From: an uncultured bacterium
GTDB taxonomy: Bacteria; Fidelibacterota; Marinisomatia; Marinisomatales; JACNKV01
NCBI GenBank assembly: GCA_964422145.1
Contig: CAYQZV010000006.1
Location: forward strand, 16,426 to 80,425
DNA: 64,000 nucleotides
Direction of reading: 5' to 3'
Shown: piece after piece, positions 1 to 9,680 of the stretch
How positions within the stretch are numbered: the first letter of the stretch is position 1
Layout: each line of letters begins with the position of its first letter
The notes under the pieces: generated by a model
Database searches by the model: none
Seen by the model: only the letters and a program-made list of their open reading frames with translations
Told to the model about the DNA's origin: nothing
Program-made: the position numbers and the translations under genes

Positions 1-1
1 A

Positions 2-3000
2 TTATGGAAAAAAACAATAGAATGGACTGAAGACATATTTTCAAATTCAATGTTAAATGAATATCGTTATTACCTTAGTAAGCTTCCTAAACGACACATT
101 ATTTTAGCTAACGATTGTCAAGCAACAACTGACTTCGAATATATTCTTGGCAGTGATTATTCCATTATACAATATATGAAAAAAGATGCCCTTGGTAATA
201 TTTTTTTAAAAAACTATTCACAAAAATTCCCTCTTAGTGAATGGAACCCAGATGCCCCTCCATACCAAACTAATATACCTGAGATAGAAATTGTATGGGA
301 CTCTAATTCAAATGAGGTAAAATCAATTAGAGAGTGGGAATATGCTATTGTAGACAATGAACATCAAAATAGTGGTCAAGTATGTTTAATTAAGGATATG
401 GTTTCAATTGAAGAAAATCAACTATCTGATATTCCAACTCTTGTTGAGGTGTTTGGTAGTGAATTACCTGCAAAAGATGTCTATTTAAAAACTTTTATAA
501 TACCAGCACATCAAACAGTAGAATTTCTAGTGTCAGGATTATATAGTGGATCATTTATCCGAATAAATGATGAATTATATTTACCTCATATGTATGATAC
601 GCCATGGGTAATCGATGTAAATGCAGGAGATGTAATAACTATTTGCGTGAGAAATGGTATTTATCTCAATGACTATGATAATAATGGTTATGCCCAATTC
701 ACTTTTTATGATGCAATAAATGACAACTGGATTAATAGTGTGGAGACAAGCTATAAATACTGGACCCGAACTACAACACCTGATAACCCGTATATGCTTG
801 AAACACGTATCGGAAATTTGATAGAGAAAGGGTATCCAAACGGAAATAAAGAGTTTTATATATATTCGTGGTTTGATTACTATGGGCAAATCGAGAACAC
901 TGTTTATGGGAAAGAATTACGTACAGACGGGAGCAGTCATATTGTTCAACATTTTTTGAACGAAAGTAATATAGGTAGATTTCCTATTGCGATTAGTAAA
1001 AAGAAAAGTGGAGGAGTTTATGGCCAAATCCAATTTTATGACTATGATGAATATGGAAACACTATTTTTAACTTAAATGAAAATGGATATATAACTCGAA
1101 AAGATTATGATGATACATGGCTTGGAATTTCCAAAATAATTAAACCTTACGATTTCCCAATCAACTACCAAGATACAAGAGGATTTACGGAAAAAATTAA
1201 TTATTCATCTGATGGATTGGAGGGAATAAAAAAAGAAGTAATTTTGAAACAAGACTCTGATTATTTGAATGATATCATCGAAGAAATATATTATGATTTA
1301 TATGGTCGAATGTTTAAACATGCGTACCCAAGTAATGAAACCGCAAGTATCAGGCATTATAACTCATTTAGTAATATTGTAACTGAAATTGATTATGTTA
1401 ATAATATTACAAGTTATGAATATGATGGATTGGGGAGGTTGACAGATATTAATTTTACGGATGACTCTCAACGTAGATTTGAATATTCTATAGAATCAAT
1501 CATTCCCGAATATCCGATCGAATATACAAATGTTGGTGAATTAATTATAAAGCAATCATATATAAATGAAACCAATAAGAAAGTGGTACAATATATAGAT
1601 GTTTTTAATCAATTAAGACAAGAAGAAAAATACTTAGGCTCTAGCAATGATACTTATACATTGTATAATCGCACAAGTTATGATTATGATGCAAGTGGTA
1701 ATGTGATAGCTATTAGACATCCAGATACATCGGAAAGCACTTTCGGATATGATGGGCTAGGTAATATGTTATGGAGTTTAAACCCTGATAAAGGTTACAC
1801 TAAATATCGGTATGATAAAAATGGGAATCTCATTTTTGAACAAGATGCTTACCGAAGAGAACAAGTTGATACGGGGTGGGTATATCACTTATATGATGAA
1901 TTAGATCGTAAAATAGAATCCGGAATTGCACACATCTCTGGGGAGGAAGAACCAGGAAGTAATTTTCAGAAAACAGTCAAAGAAACATATTATTATGATG
2001 AAGTTGAAAGCAGTAATAGTACGGGAAAGTTGACAAGCATCCTTGACCATGAAAATATGAACTATACACGATATCATTATGATGCCAGAGGAAGAATCAT
2101 TCATGAAGACATTTATCCTGAGGTGAATATTGTTTATCAAATTGCAGAAACAGTTGCTGAAGTTGCTATATGTTTAGACGATTTAGGGAATCCTATACAA
2201 AGGAGTGAAACAATAATCATAAGCCACGATCAAACTATCGTGTGTACAATAGAAGGACTTATCTCTGGACAGACAAGCGCTGGGATAACAGTGAATGATG
2301 AAATTATTCCTATCGTCAATAGCCACCCCGTCTCTAAAGAAGTGTTTGCAGGTGATATAATCGAGATGGTTGTGGAGAGATTTGAAGAGGATACAGAGGT
2401 TTCTGCATCTGTTGTGTATGAAGACGTAACCAATGTTGTAGAAAATATTGAAGGAGCTGCATATTGTATATCCCATACATATAATTCAGCGGATAAAACA
2501 ACAATGATCACATATCCAGACGGCACAGAAATTGAATATGTTTATAACCAATTAGGCCAGCTTGAGTCGATTCCGGGATACTTAGATGGATTATCGGGAC
2601 AAGGGATTACATACAACCCAAACGGGTTCTTAACTCATCGTTATTTTGCAAATGGGGCTCACTATACCTATATTCCAGATGTCAGAAATAGGATTGTTAT
2701 GATTGATGGGTCGCAAACACATAACATAGATTTGAAATATGAATATTATCTTGATAATAATTTAAAGAATGAGTGGCGTTTTGTTTCGGGCATTTTTCCC
2801 CCTTGGGAAGATGTTCTTTTACCATTTACAATACAGTCAGGAGGATATGTAGAAGAAACAAACGAGGATATCAAAAACTTGATGAGTATGGAAGAGAATA
2901 ACCCGTGGTCGGATGAGAACATGATTCAAGTTTTAACTCAATTACCTGAGATATCAATCTTGCAAAGTGAATTATTATTAGTGCTGTCTATTGATCCCAC

Positions 3001-4627
3001 ACAAAGAACAAAATCTACTTTAGAATCCTCACTTGGAAGTTTAACACCAACCAGTGTAGTTTTAACAAACATTCTTGCAAATGATGAACAAAGTTTTTAC
3101 CAAGAAAAAGCCAAAGAGATGTTGTTAAAATCTCCAATAATTGAAGAAGCTGAATTGTTTATACAAAAAACGTATTCGATAGATTCTATAGATAGTGTAA
3201 GTGCGGTATCTGTTTTATCCTCTGAGGAAATAAGACAAAATGTTAAAAAGCAGATTGTCAGCTTACTTGGGATGAAACAAGCTCCACCTCCTGAATCAGT
3301 TGATGATCAACTCATTACGTTCTTCACTGAAACTGCTTTATTGAATACATCTGCACGAATACAGAGAATTAGTTATTGGTTAAAGGAAGCAGATTATACA
3401 TATGATGAATTACACAGGCTAAGTACGGTTAGCTATTCTCCGATGGCAAGCCCAGGCTCATTATTAGAGTTTAGCTATGATATTATGGGTAATCGAATAA
3501 ATAAATTGTTTAATCAATCAGAAACTGTATATCGATATGATGTTGATAAGCCGAATAGATTATTAGGGAACAACGGACCTGATGGGTCGACGACAGATCA
3601 TGAATATGATGAAATAGGAAATTTGATTATTGATGGTGAGTCAGGATATATGTATACATATGACTGGAAAAACAGATTAAAAACAGTCTCTGGGACTCAA
3701 TTTGGTGAAATTGTGTATACATATAACACACATGGTCATCGAATAGGTAAACAAGTTGGTAATGAAAAAACACATACAATATTTAACGGAGATAACCCAA
3801 TTTCAGAGTATGATAATGATTTTGAATTAAAATATCATTATATTTATGATAGTAAAGGTAAAATTGCTAGATGTAATTCATTCGGGATGAAAGAATTTTT
3901 TCACAACGATTATCTTGGCTCGGTGAGAAGGATATCAGATGGAACAGGCACGTTGATTTGGAGTCGTGATTATTACCCATTTGGTGGAACCCGAACTGCT
4001 TTAGGGACTAATGAACAAAATACATTTACATATGAAGGAAAAGAAAAGGATTTAGAAACTGACTTATGGTATAATACATCCCGATATTTTAATGACGAAG
4101 GAAGATTCACACAAATTGACCCTTTTTGGTGTAAGTACCCAAGTATCAGTCCATATGTACGAGTTGCGAATAATCCGTTAAGATTCGTTGATAGAAATGG
4201 TCAGGAAGTTGGTGACTGGTGGGATTTTTACGCAAATTATCAAAGAAGCTATGAGATTGGTGAAGAACTACTAGGTTCACATAAAGGTCATAATGATATA
4301 AATGATGCTATGAGACATTCTACTTGGCAAATGAGGACAACACTAGAAACTAATTCATTTACTGCCTGGAGCTCCGGTATCGCACATGAAATTGAAAATT
4401 TGTTGCAAGGTGGGAGTTTAGATGAAACCCTCATGGATCTTAATAATAATGCTGAGGGAAGAGATGCGGCTAATGAAAATAGAGAGATCAATCCTGATAA
4501 TTTGGATATATTAGATGAGAACACTAAGGATAAAATTGAGTATGATGGTTTTCAAGAAAAAGATGACCAAGATAAAAATGAAGATGATCCCGATGAAATT
4601 CAAGAACATTATATTGCTTTCTTATAG
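2..4627 (+). CDS. RHS/YD-repeat polymorphic toxin (5' end probably outside the window)
   Basis: Many YD repeats (YEYDGLGRL, YDYDASGNV, FGYDGLGNM, YRYDKNGNL, YHYDARGRI). RHS core end is FTYEGKEKDLETDLWYNTSRYFNDEGRFTQIDP...NNPLRFVDRNGQ, followed by an unrelated ~135-aa C-terminal domain. First ATG is at 50, but the frame has no stop back to nt 2 and no signal or trafficking domain is visible, so the gene may begin upstream of the window. Confidence 0.9.
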   Translation, partial: LWKKTIEWTEDIFSNSMLNEYRYYLSKLPKRHIILANDCQATTDFEYILGSDYSIIQYMKKDALGNIFLKNYSQKFPLSEWNPDAPPYQTNIPEIEIVWDSNSNEVKSIREWEYAIVDNEHQNSGQVCLIKDMVSIEENQLSDIPTLVEVFGSELPAKDVYLKTFIIPAHQTVEFLVSGLYSGSFIRINDELYLPHMYDTPWVIDVNAGDVITICVRNGIYLNDYDNNGYAQFTFYDAINDNWINSVETSYKYWTRTTTPDNPYMLETRIGNLIEKGYPNGNKEFYIYSWFDYYGQIENTVYGKELRTDGSSHIVQHFLNESNIGRFPIAISKKKSGGVYGQIQFYDYDEYGNTIFNLNENGYITRKDYDDTWLGISKIIKPYDFPINYQDTRGFTEKINYSSDGLEGIKKEVILKQDSDYLNDIIEEIYYDLYGRMFKHAYPSNETASIRHYNSFSNIVTEIDYVNNITSYEYDGLGRLTDINFTDDSQRRFEYSIESIIPEYPIEYTNVGELIIKQSYINETNKKVVQYIDVFNQLRQEEKYLGSSNDTYTLYNRTSYDYDASGNVIAIRHPDTSESTFGYDGLGNMLWSLNPDKGYTKYRYDKNGNLIFEQDAYRREQVDTGWVYHLYDELDRKIESGIAHISGEEEPGSNFQKTVKETYYYDEVESSNSTGKLTSILDHENMNYTRYHYDARGRIIHEDIYPEVNIVYQIAETVAEVAICLDDLGNPIQRSETIIISHDQTIVCTIEGLISGQTSAGITVNDEIIPIVNSHPVSKEVFAGDIIEMVVERFEEDTEVSASVVYEDVTNVVENIEGAAYCISHTYNSADKTTMITYPDGTEIEYVYNQLGQLESIPGYLDGLSGQGITYNPNGFLTHRYFANGAHYTYIPDVRNRIVMIDGSQTHNIDLKYEYYLDNNLKNEWRFVSGIFPPWEDVLLPFTIQSGGYVEETNEDIKNLMSMEENNPWSDENMIQVLTQLPEISILQSELLLVLSIDPTQRTKSTLESSLGSLTPTSVVLTNILANDEQSFYQEKAKEMLLKSPIIEEAELFIQKTYSIDSIDSVSAVSVLSSEEIRQNVKKQIVSLLGMKQAPPPESVDDQLITFFTETALLNTSARIQRISYWLKEADYTYDELHRLSTVSYSPMASPGSLLEFSYDIMGNRINKLFNQSETVYRYDVDKPNRLLGNNGPDGSTTDHEYDEIGNLIIDGESGYMYTYDWKNRLKTVSGTQFGEIVYTYNTHGHRIGKQVGNEKTHTIFNGDNPISEYDNDFELKYHYIYDSKGKIARCNSFGMKEFFHNDYLGSVRRISDGTGTLIWSRDYYPFGGTRTALGTNEQNTFTYEGKEKDLETDLWYNTSRYFNDEGRFTQIDPFWCKYPSISPYVRVANNPLRFVDRNGQEVGDWWDFYANYQRSYEIGEELLGSHKGHNDINDAMRHSTWQMRTTLETNSFTAWSSGIAHEIENLLQGGSLDETLMDLNNNAEGRDAANENREINPDNLDILDENTKDKIEYDGFQEKDDQDKNEDDPDEIQEHYIAFL

Positions 4628-4634
4628 AGTGTTA

Positions 4635-5063
4635 ATGAAAACGATTAAGAAAAGTTTTACCCAATCGATTAATTCTTTTCCCCAAATAAAATTAAATCGC
4701 CTTATATATTTATTGATGGTTCTAGGGGCTTGTGATTCAGAATTCAATGGAAAACTTAAATTAATTAATAACTCAGATTTTGTAATTTCTACATGCGTTG
4801 TTAAGGTTGATGAAGGTTCCTTTAATGTGCAAAATATAAAGGTTAATGAGACTGTCGAACTTAAATACTCATTTAGTAAAGATTGTTCATATGATATATC
4901 CATAACGTTTTTAACAGGAAAACGAGTATCAAAAAAAATTGGATATATGACCCAAGGATTCTACTTTGAAGATATTATAATTATTGAAAGTGATACTTTA
5001 ACACTTGAGAGAATAAAAGTAAATTCGAGTAGGTTTAGTGATCTCAACGACGATTTCTTTTGA
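4635..5063 (+). CDS. Small lipoprotein, candidate cognate immunity protein of the RHS toxin
   Basis: ATG at 4635 lies 8 nt after the RHS stop (4625-4627). The track start at 4515 overlaps the RHS tail in another frame and encodes only K/M-rich filler. Lipobox-like LMVLGAC. No recognisable family. The position directly downstream of the toxin is the classical immunity position. Confidence 0.45.
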   Translation: MKTIKKSFTQSINSFPQIKLNRLIYLLMVLGACDSEFNGKLKLINNSDFVISTCVVKVDEGSFNVQNIKVNETVELKYSFSKDCSYDISITFLTGKRVSKKIGYMTQGFYFEDIIIIESDTLTLERIKVNSSRFSDLNDDFF

Positions 5064-5312
5064 TGAAATGGAATTTTTGGCATAACAATTCGTTGTTTTA
5101 AGATGAGTAGTCATAGTCTGATTTTAAACTTTAAAAACACAATACAAATTCTAATTATTTCTGAATGCTCAACGCAGCGTATTAATTAGCATGTAATGAT
5201 TAAGAATGTGATTAATATATGCGATCTTATTTCACATAATCAATTAATCAATGTTTGATAATAATTGAGATATATATTTAATGAATAATCTAATTAATTC
5301 ACAGTATTTGTA

Positions 5313-5708
5313 CTAATTTTTTTCCCCATTAATCTGCCATTTATCCATAACTCCATTCCGATTTATATCGACAACGGCTGTGGCTGTGGCTGTAAAGGTT
5401 GAATCTGTTGCTTCGGTAATTTCAATGAGATAACGCGCCTCACCACCCTCTGTAACCAGTTTTTCCTGTTCAAACCCAATCGCGATCAGATCGTTTGAAT
5501 ATCGATCATGTTCATCACGGTATGAGTCTTGTAACAAATATACCTGTTTCAGCATTAGCTTGGCTTCGGTCTTTTTTGTCTTCCCGATCACCGATGTAAA
5601 TTTTGGAACCGCAAGTAGAACTAAGATACCGATAATGACTAATACGACTAATAATTCCGTTAAGGTGAACCCTGATTGGCTTCGTTTATTCAATAGATGA
5701 TGATTCAT
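5313..5708 (-). CDS. Type IV pilin / T2SS pseudopilin-like protein (prepilin N-terminal methylation motif)
   Basis: N-terminus KRSQSGFTLTELLVVLVIIGILVLLAVPKF is the class III signal (G|FTLxE) plus hydrophobic helix. The track start at 5720 adds 4 codons; Met at 5708 gives the usual short leader. Confidence 0.8.
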   Translation of the reverse strand: MNHHLLNKRSQSGFTLTELLVVLVIIGILVLLAVPKFTSVIGKTKKTEAKLMLKQVYLLQDSYRDEHDRYSNDLIAIGFEQEKLVTEGGEARYLIEITEATDSTFTATATAVVDINRNGVMDKWQINGEKN

Positions 5709-5722
5709 AGTTAACTCCATAA

Positions 5723-6706
5723 TTAAAAAGATGTGGTTGAAGATAATTCGAAAATAGGCAGATACATCCCAACAAGAATTGCTCCAACAAGAAGTCCAAG
5801 AAAAACAATAATAACGGGTTCTAGTAATGAGCTTACTGATTCAAGTTTGGTTTCCAAATCCAAAGAAATTGTATCATGAATTTGATTGAAAGCACCAAGG
5901 AATTCCCCGGTTTCTTCACTAATAGATAAAATATGGCCAAATTCCGGTTCAACGATATTGATTTGTGTGATGAGTGTTGAAAAAGAATGTCCCTCCTTTA
6001 TCCGACGAATGATAAATGTAAATAAGCCATTTGTAAAAGAAGACCGAGCGATAGATTTACATATTTCTAATGATTTTAATAAAGTCAGCCCACTCTCCTG
6101 TAACGTGATAAGGATCTTCAGATAATATACTAAGACCAATTGATTCATGACCAATCCAATAATGGGCGTTTTTCGTAATCTTTTTATATAATTTCCTTTA
6201 AAGGAATTGGAATTCATCCAGGTTTTTAAAATAAATCCAAAGAATATTATAGTGATAAAAACACCAAGAAGAACCCATCCGAAATGATTCCCCATATTTA
6301 ATAAAACCTGAGTAAACCCAGGAAGAGCCATGCCCATATCCCCATACATCTCTGCAAAAACAGGAAGGAGAAACATCATAAGAAATATTACGGTGAGTAT
6401 TGCCACACCAATGACAACAATCGGATAGGTTAGCGCGGATTTCACTTTTTTCAAATACTTTTCCTGCGAATCCATATAGGTATTTATTTCAAGAGTTACT
6501 TCTTTTAATCTGCCGCTTTCCTCTCCCACTTTTATTAAGGATATGATCATCGGTGAAAACCAATTGGAGTACTTTTCTAAAGAGGTGTGAAAACTTCGAC
6601 CTTGTTCAACTGATAAAGCAGGGATAACTGGATCTGAGAAATTGAAAAATAGATTATTATCACAAATTCCAAAATGTAATGTGAAAGAAGTTACATGGGA
6701 TAACAA
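5723..6706 (-). pseudogene. pilC: 5'-truncated pilC/gspF (T2SS-F family platform protein) remnant
   Basis: Contains two T2SS-F-type repeats (GRSFHTSLEKY..FSPMIISLIKVGEESGRL... and ..HSFSTLITQINIVEPEFGHILSISEETGEFL...) and the typical C-terminus LLVGAILVGMYLPIFEL. The first motif sits at residue ~35, versus ~110 as I recall Pseudomonas PilC. The frame is closed by a stop at 6731-6733 and the only available start is TTG. About 75-90 N-terminal residues are missing. Confidence 0.75.
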
Positions 6707-8144
6707 ACCTGAGAAATATGATATAACAGATCATTTCTCTCAGAATAAATCGAAAGAAGAACTGATTTCTGAGTTTAATACCATGTTATCAGAAGATAAA
6801 AATGATGACCCGCCGTCTCGACAGATATCAGGCAGTAAGCCTGTCTTTGATCCATCAGTTGAAGCAGCCATATTTATGAGAGGGAAACATTTGATTTTTC
6901 ATCATGAGCAATTAAAACAGTATCATAAGGGGATATATAAAGCATACAGTGATCGTTATTTTCTTGATAAAATAACCAAACAGCTGAAGGTGTTTAACAG
7001 CAGACAAGCAAAAGCAAAAGAAACGCTGGAAGTTATAAAAAACTCACTTGATGATCCCGTTTTACAGGAAAAAATCAATTCAGATCCAAACATCATCAAT
7101 TGTAAAAATGGGTTGTTTGATCTACAAACAATGGAGCTAAAACCTCATGCCCCTGATTACATCTCAACACATCAAATTAACGCTGAGTTTGATATGAGTT
7201 CTGATTATTCTCGTTTTGAGCAGTTCCTTGCTGAGGTATTTATCAATGATGAAGGGAAACCTGACCTTGAGCTAATTTCTGTAGTCCAAGAGTTCATGGG
7301 GTACTGCTTATATTCGTCAATCCCATTTCATAAAGCTCTGTTATTTTATGGGGACGGTAGCAATGGGAAATCCGTCCTAATTGAGGTGATAGAGTATCTA
7401 TTAAAGGGGCATACATCAAATGTTCACTTTGAAGTCATTGGGAAAGATTTATTCAGTACAGCTGATCTTTCTGATTCTTTATTAAATATCTCAGCTGAAA
7501 TTGGAACAAACGCCTATTTTAAGGATGGCGTAGTAAAGCAGCTTATAGCAGGGGACTGTATTCGTGCCCAAAGAAAGAACCAACCCGCATTCGATTTCAA
7601 CCCAACAGCCAAACACATTCTGACAGCAAACTCACTACCTCAATCCGCTGACAAATCGTTTGCATTCTTTAGACGATTCATGGTAATCCCGTTCCATCAA
7701 AGATTCTTATCACAGAATGAAATAGATCAGCTCAATGAGGATTTAAAACACAAGATAAAGCCTGAGAATCCATATTTAGTAGAAGAACTGAAAGAAGAAA
7801 TAAACGGCATCTTTCTTTTTGCCCTTGTAGGGCTTGAAAGATTATTAAACAATCGAGGGTTTACTCAATCAGCTCAGATTAATAAGCTGGCAGAAACATT
7901 CAAAATCCGGTCATCAAGCGTAGAAACCTTTTTAAAGGATGAAACCGAGTTCCAAAGTGATAGTACAGTTTTGTTTTCAGAATTGTATGCGAAATATATT
8001 CAATTTTGTAATCATTATCATATCCCTTTGTTAACAAAAAGGAAATTCTCAGTTGAATTACAAAACTTAGGTGAAATCATAGAGAAAGGAACGGGGAATA
8101 AAACATATTTAAAAGGCAGGATATTGAAAGATGAAACGTACTAA
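6642..8144 (+). CDS. Phage/plasmid primase-helicase, P4 / D5 family C-terminal region (probably N-terminally truncated)
   Basis: D5_N-like segment NCKNGLFDLQTMELKPHAPDYIS. Helicase core FMGYCLYSSIPFHKALLFYGDGSNGKSVLIEVIEYLL (Walker A GxGSNGKS) ... RRFMVIPF. The start is TTG, overlaps the pilC remnant, and the frame opens only at 6591. The first conserved-looking residues (VTWDNKPEKYDITDHF) resemble the end of a Toprim/primase domain that is otherwise absent. Confidence 0.75.
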   Translation: MKNRLLSQIPKCNVKEVTWDNKPEKYDITDHFSQNKSKEELISEFNTMLSEDKNDDPPSRQISGSKPVFDPSVEAAIFMRGKHLIFHHEQLKQYHKGIYKAYSDRYFLDKITKQLKVFNSRQAKAKETLEVIKNSLDDPVLQEKINSDPNIINCKNGLFDLQTMELKPHAPDYISTHQINAEFDMSSDYSRFEQFLAEVFINDEGKPDLELISVVQEFMGYCLYSSIPFHKALLFYGDGSNGKSVLIEVIEYLLKGHTSNVHFEVIGKDLFSTADLSDSLLNISAEIGTNAYFKDGVVKQLIAGDCIRAQRKNQPAFDFNPTAKHILTANSLPQSADKSFAFFRRFMVIPFHQRFLSQNEIDQLNEDLKHKIKPENPYLVEELKEEINGIFLFALVGLERLLNNRGFTQSAQINKLAETFKIRSSSVETFLKDETEFQSDSTVLFSELYAKYIQFCNHYHIPLLTKRKFSVELQNLGEIIEKGTGNKTYLKGRILKDETY

Positions 8145-8265
8145 AGTTACTGAAGTTACCGACACTTTACCTCGGGGAATTTATACAAAAAATAAATCTG
8201 ACTTGAGGTATAGTAACTCTACTAACTATGATAACTAACAAACAAAAGAATAAACAATATAATAA

Positions 8266-9132
8266 ATGAAAGGGAATAAGATGACTACAGAAAAACAGAT
8301 GAAAGCAAACCGTAAAAATGCTAAAAAGGGAGGTGTTAAATCACCACAAGGGAAGGAAATATCAAAATATAATGCGTTGAAACATGGTTTATTGGCGAAA
8401 GCTATCGTAATCAACACGGGAGACGGGAAGGAAAAACAAGAAGATTTTGACTCCCTATTAGCCGGGTTGAATCACTATTATAATCCCGAGGGATCAATGG
8501 AGAGCATATTAGTGGAAAAAATAGCTGTAAGCTACTGGAGACTCCGTCGAGCAAAGAGATACGAGATGGGTAAAATACGATCCAATTTAGACACATTTTA
8601 TAATGAGTTTAATATTGGCCATTTGAAAGATGAATTGAAGATGCTCAAATTAATATCCAAAGCGTATGAACCATTGTTGGAAGAGCTTAATGTTGATTTC
8701 AGTATAAGCTTAGATCACCCTCTGTCGAAATATTATGATTGTAAATGGAACCATTGTTGGGAGCAATTAGCGTACTTCTATGAAAAGCAGACTGATAATA
8801 ACTGCGGTTGGATAGGAAAGGAAAATAAAGACATTCATCAATGGATTCTTGATCAGGGTTTTAAACCGAGCTTCCAAGAGTTTTGTGATATTTCCGAGGA
8901 ATATATGTCAGGGTATAAAAAAACCGCAGAAGAAGTAGAAACCCAATTACATGATCAAGAATTGAAAAGAGACCGCATACCGTTAATACATGGGTTATTG
9001 CCTGAAGAAGATCTCAAGAAACTGTTGCGATATGAGACGGCGATTGAGAAACAATTTTATCAAGCTATGATGGAACTAGAGAGGTTGCAAAAAACCCGAT
9101 GCGGCGCACTTGAACCCCTCCTAAGGTTTTAA
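8266..9132 (+). CDS. Hypothetical protein, mobile-element cargo (basic N-terminus ..NRKNAKKGGVKSPQGKEISKYNALKHGL..WRLRR)
   Basis: Long ORF with island codon composition. I could assign no catalytic motif. The N-terminal pattern N-x-x-NA-x-K-x-G-x-x-S-x-x-GK-x-x-S-x-x-NALKHGL followed by WRLRR looks like a recurrent uncharacterised family, from memory only. Confidence 0.5.
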   Translation: MKGNKMTTEKQMKANRKNAKKGGVKSPQGKEISKYNALKHGLLAKAIVINTGDGKEKQEDFDSLLAGLNHYYNPEGSMESILVEKIAVSYWRLRRAKRYEMGKIRSNLDTFYNEFNIGHLKDELKMLKLISKAYEPLLEELNVDFSISLDHPLSKYYDCKWNHCWEQLAYFYEKQTDNNCGWIGKENKDIHQWILDQGFKPSFQEFCDISEEYMSGYKKTAEEVETQLHDQELKRDRIPLIHGLLPEEDLKKLLRYETAIEKQFYQAMMELERLQKTRCGALEPLLRF

Positions 9133-9158
9133 TCATTAAAATCGGTTCGTTTCGAAAT

Positions 9159-9680
9159 ATGGGAAGATACAATTACGCACAAACACCTGCGGTGGAAGAA
9201 ACCTTGGCTTTATCCATACAATGGTTAAAGAATGAAGGATATCTTAACAACACGAGATCAGGGATTAAGGTATGGAACCAATTTGGGAAATCATTTAGTG
9301 TGTTTGTGAAGTCAGATCTTGAAAATGAGATTATATATTTAAGCTACGTTCACAATAGTGATCCCGTTAAGTATGGGATTTCTCTAACTTGCACACATCC
9401 TCATTTTGGAGGTAAGCGCTACTATTTCATATGCCCAAACATGAAATGCGGGAAGAAAGTTTATATTGTATATCTACCATTGTATACTAAATACTTTGCA
9501 TGTAGGAAATGCCATAAACTACAGTATACAAGTAGCCGAAAAAGCGGAACCCGGTATATGATATTGAAGCGGAAATTGAAAGAGTTACCTTACCGTGAAA
9601 GATTACACATACTGGACCAGATGTTCAAACAAGGGGATTTAACGGCGTGTGAACTTTTAATTAATGAGTATACCAACTAA
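9159..9680 (+). CDS. Hypothetical zinc-ribbon protein, mobile-element cargo
   Basis: FGGKRYYFICPNMKCGKKVYIVYLP..YFACRKCHKLQYTSS contains a C-x4-C ... C-x2-C ribbon. It lies 26 nt downstream of the previous ORF on the same strand. Confidence 0.5.
   Translation: MGRYNYAQTPAVEETLALSIQWLKNEGYLNNTRSGIKVWNQFGKSFSVFVKSDLENEIIYLSYVHNSDPVKYGISLTCTHPHFGGKRYYFICPNMKCGKKVYIVYLPLYTKYFACRKCHKLQYTSSRKSGTRYMILKRKLKELPYRERLHILDQMFKQGDLTACELLINEYTN

Noticed and set aside
4515-4634. Track start of the post-RHS ORF at 4515 (overlapping the RHS 3' end)
   Set aside because: The first 40 codons (MRTLRIKLSMMVFKKKMTKIKMKMIPMKFK..) are an out-of-frame read of the acidic RHS tail. ATG 4635, just after the RHS stop and followed by a signal/lipobox, is the more plausible start.
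2-5063. RHS toxin as a type VI secretion effector
   Set aside because: No VgrG, PAAR, Hcp or Tss genes are in the window, and the N-terminus is incomplete. The delivery route cannot be inferred.
5313-6706. Functional type IV pilus or type II secretion operon
   Set aside because: Only a pilin gene and a truncated platform gene are present. There is no ATPase, secretin or prepilin peptidase nearby, so I treat it as a remnant.
8144-8160. Tandem AAGTTAC..AAGTTAC just after the primase-helicase stop as replication iterons
   Set aside because: There are only two 7-nt copies, which is too little to distinguish from chance.
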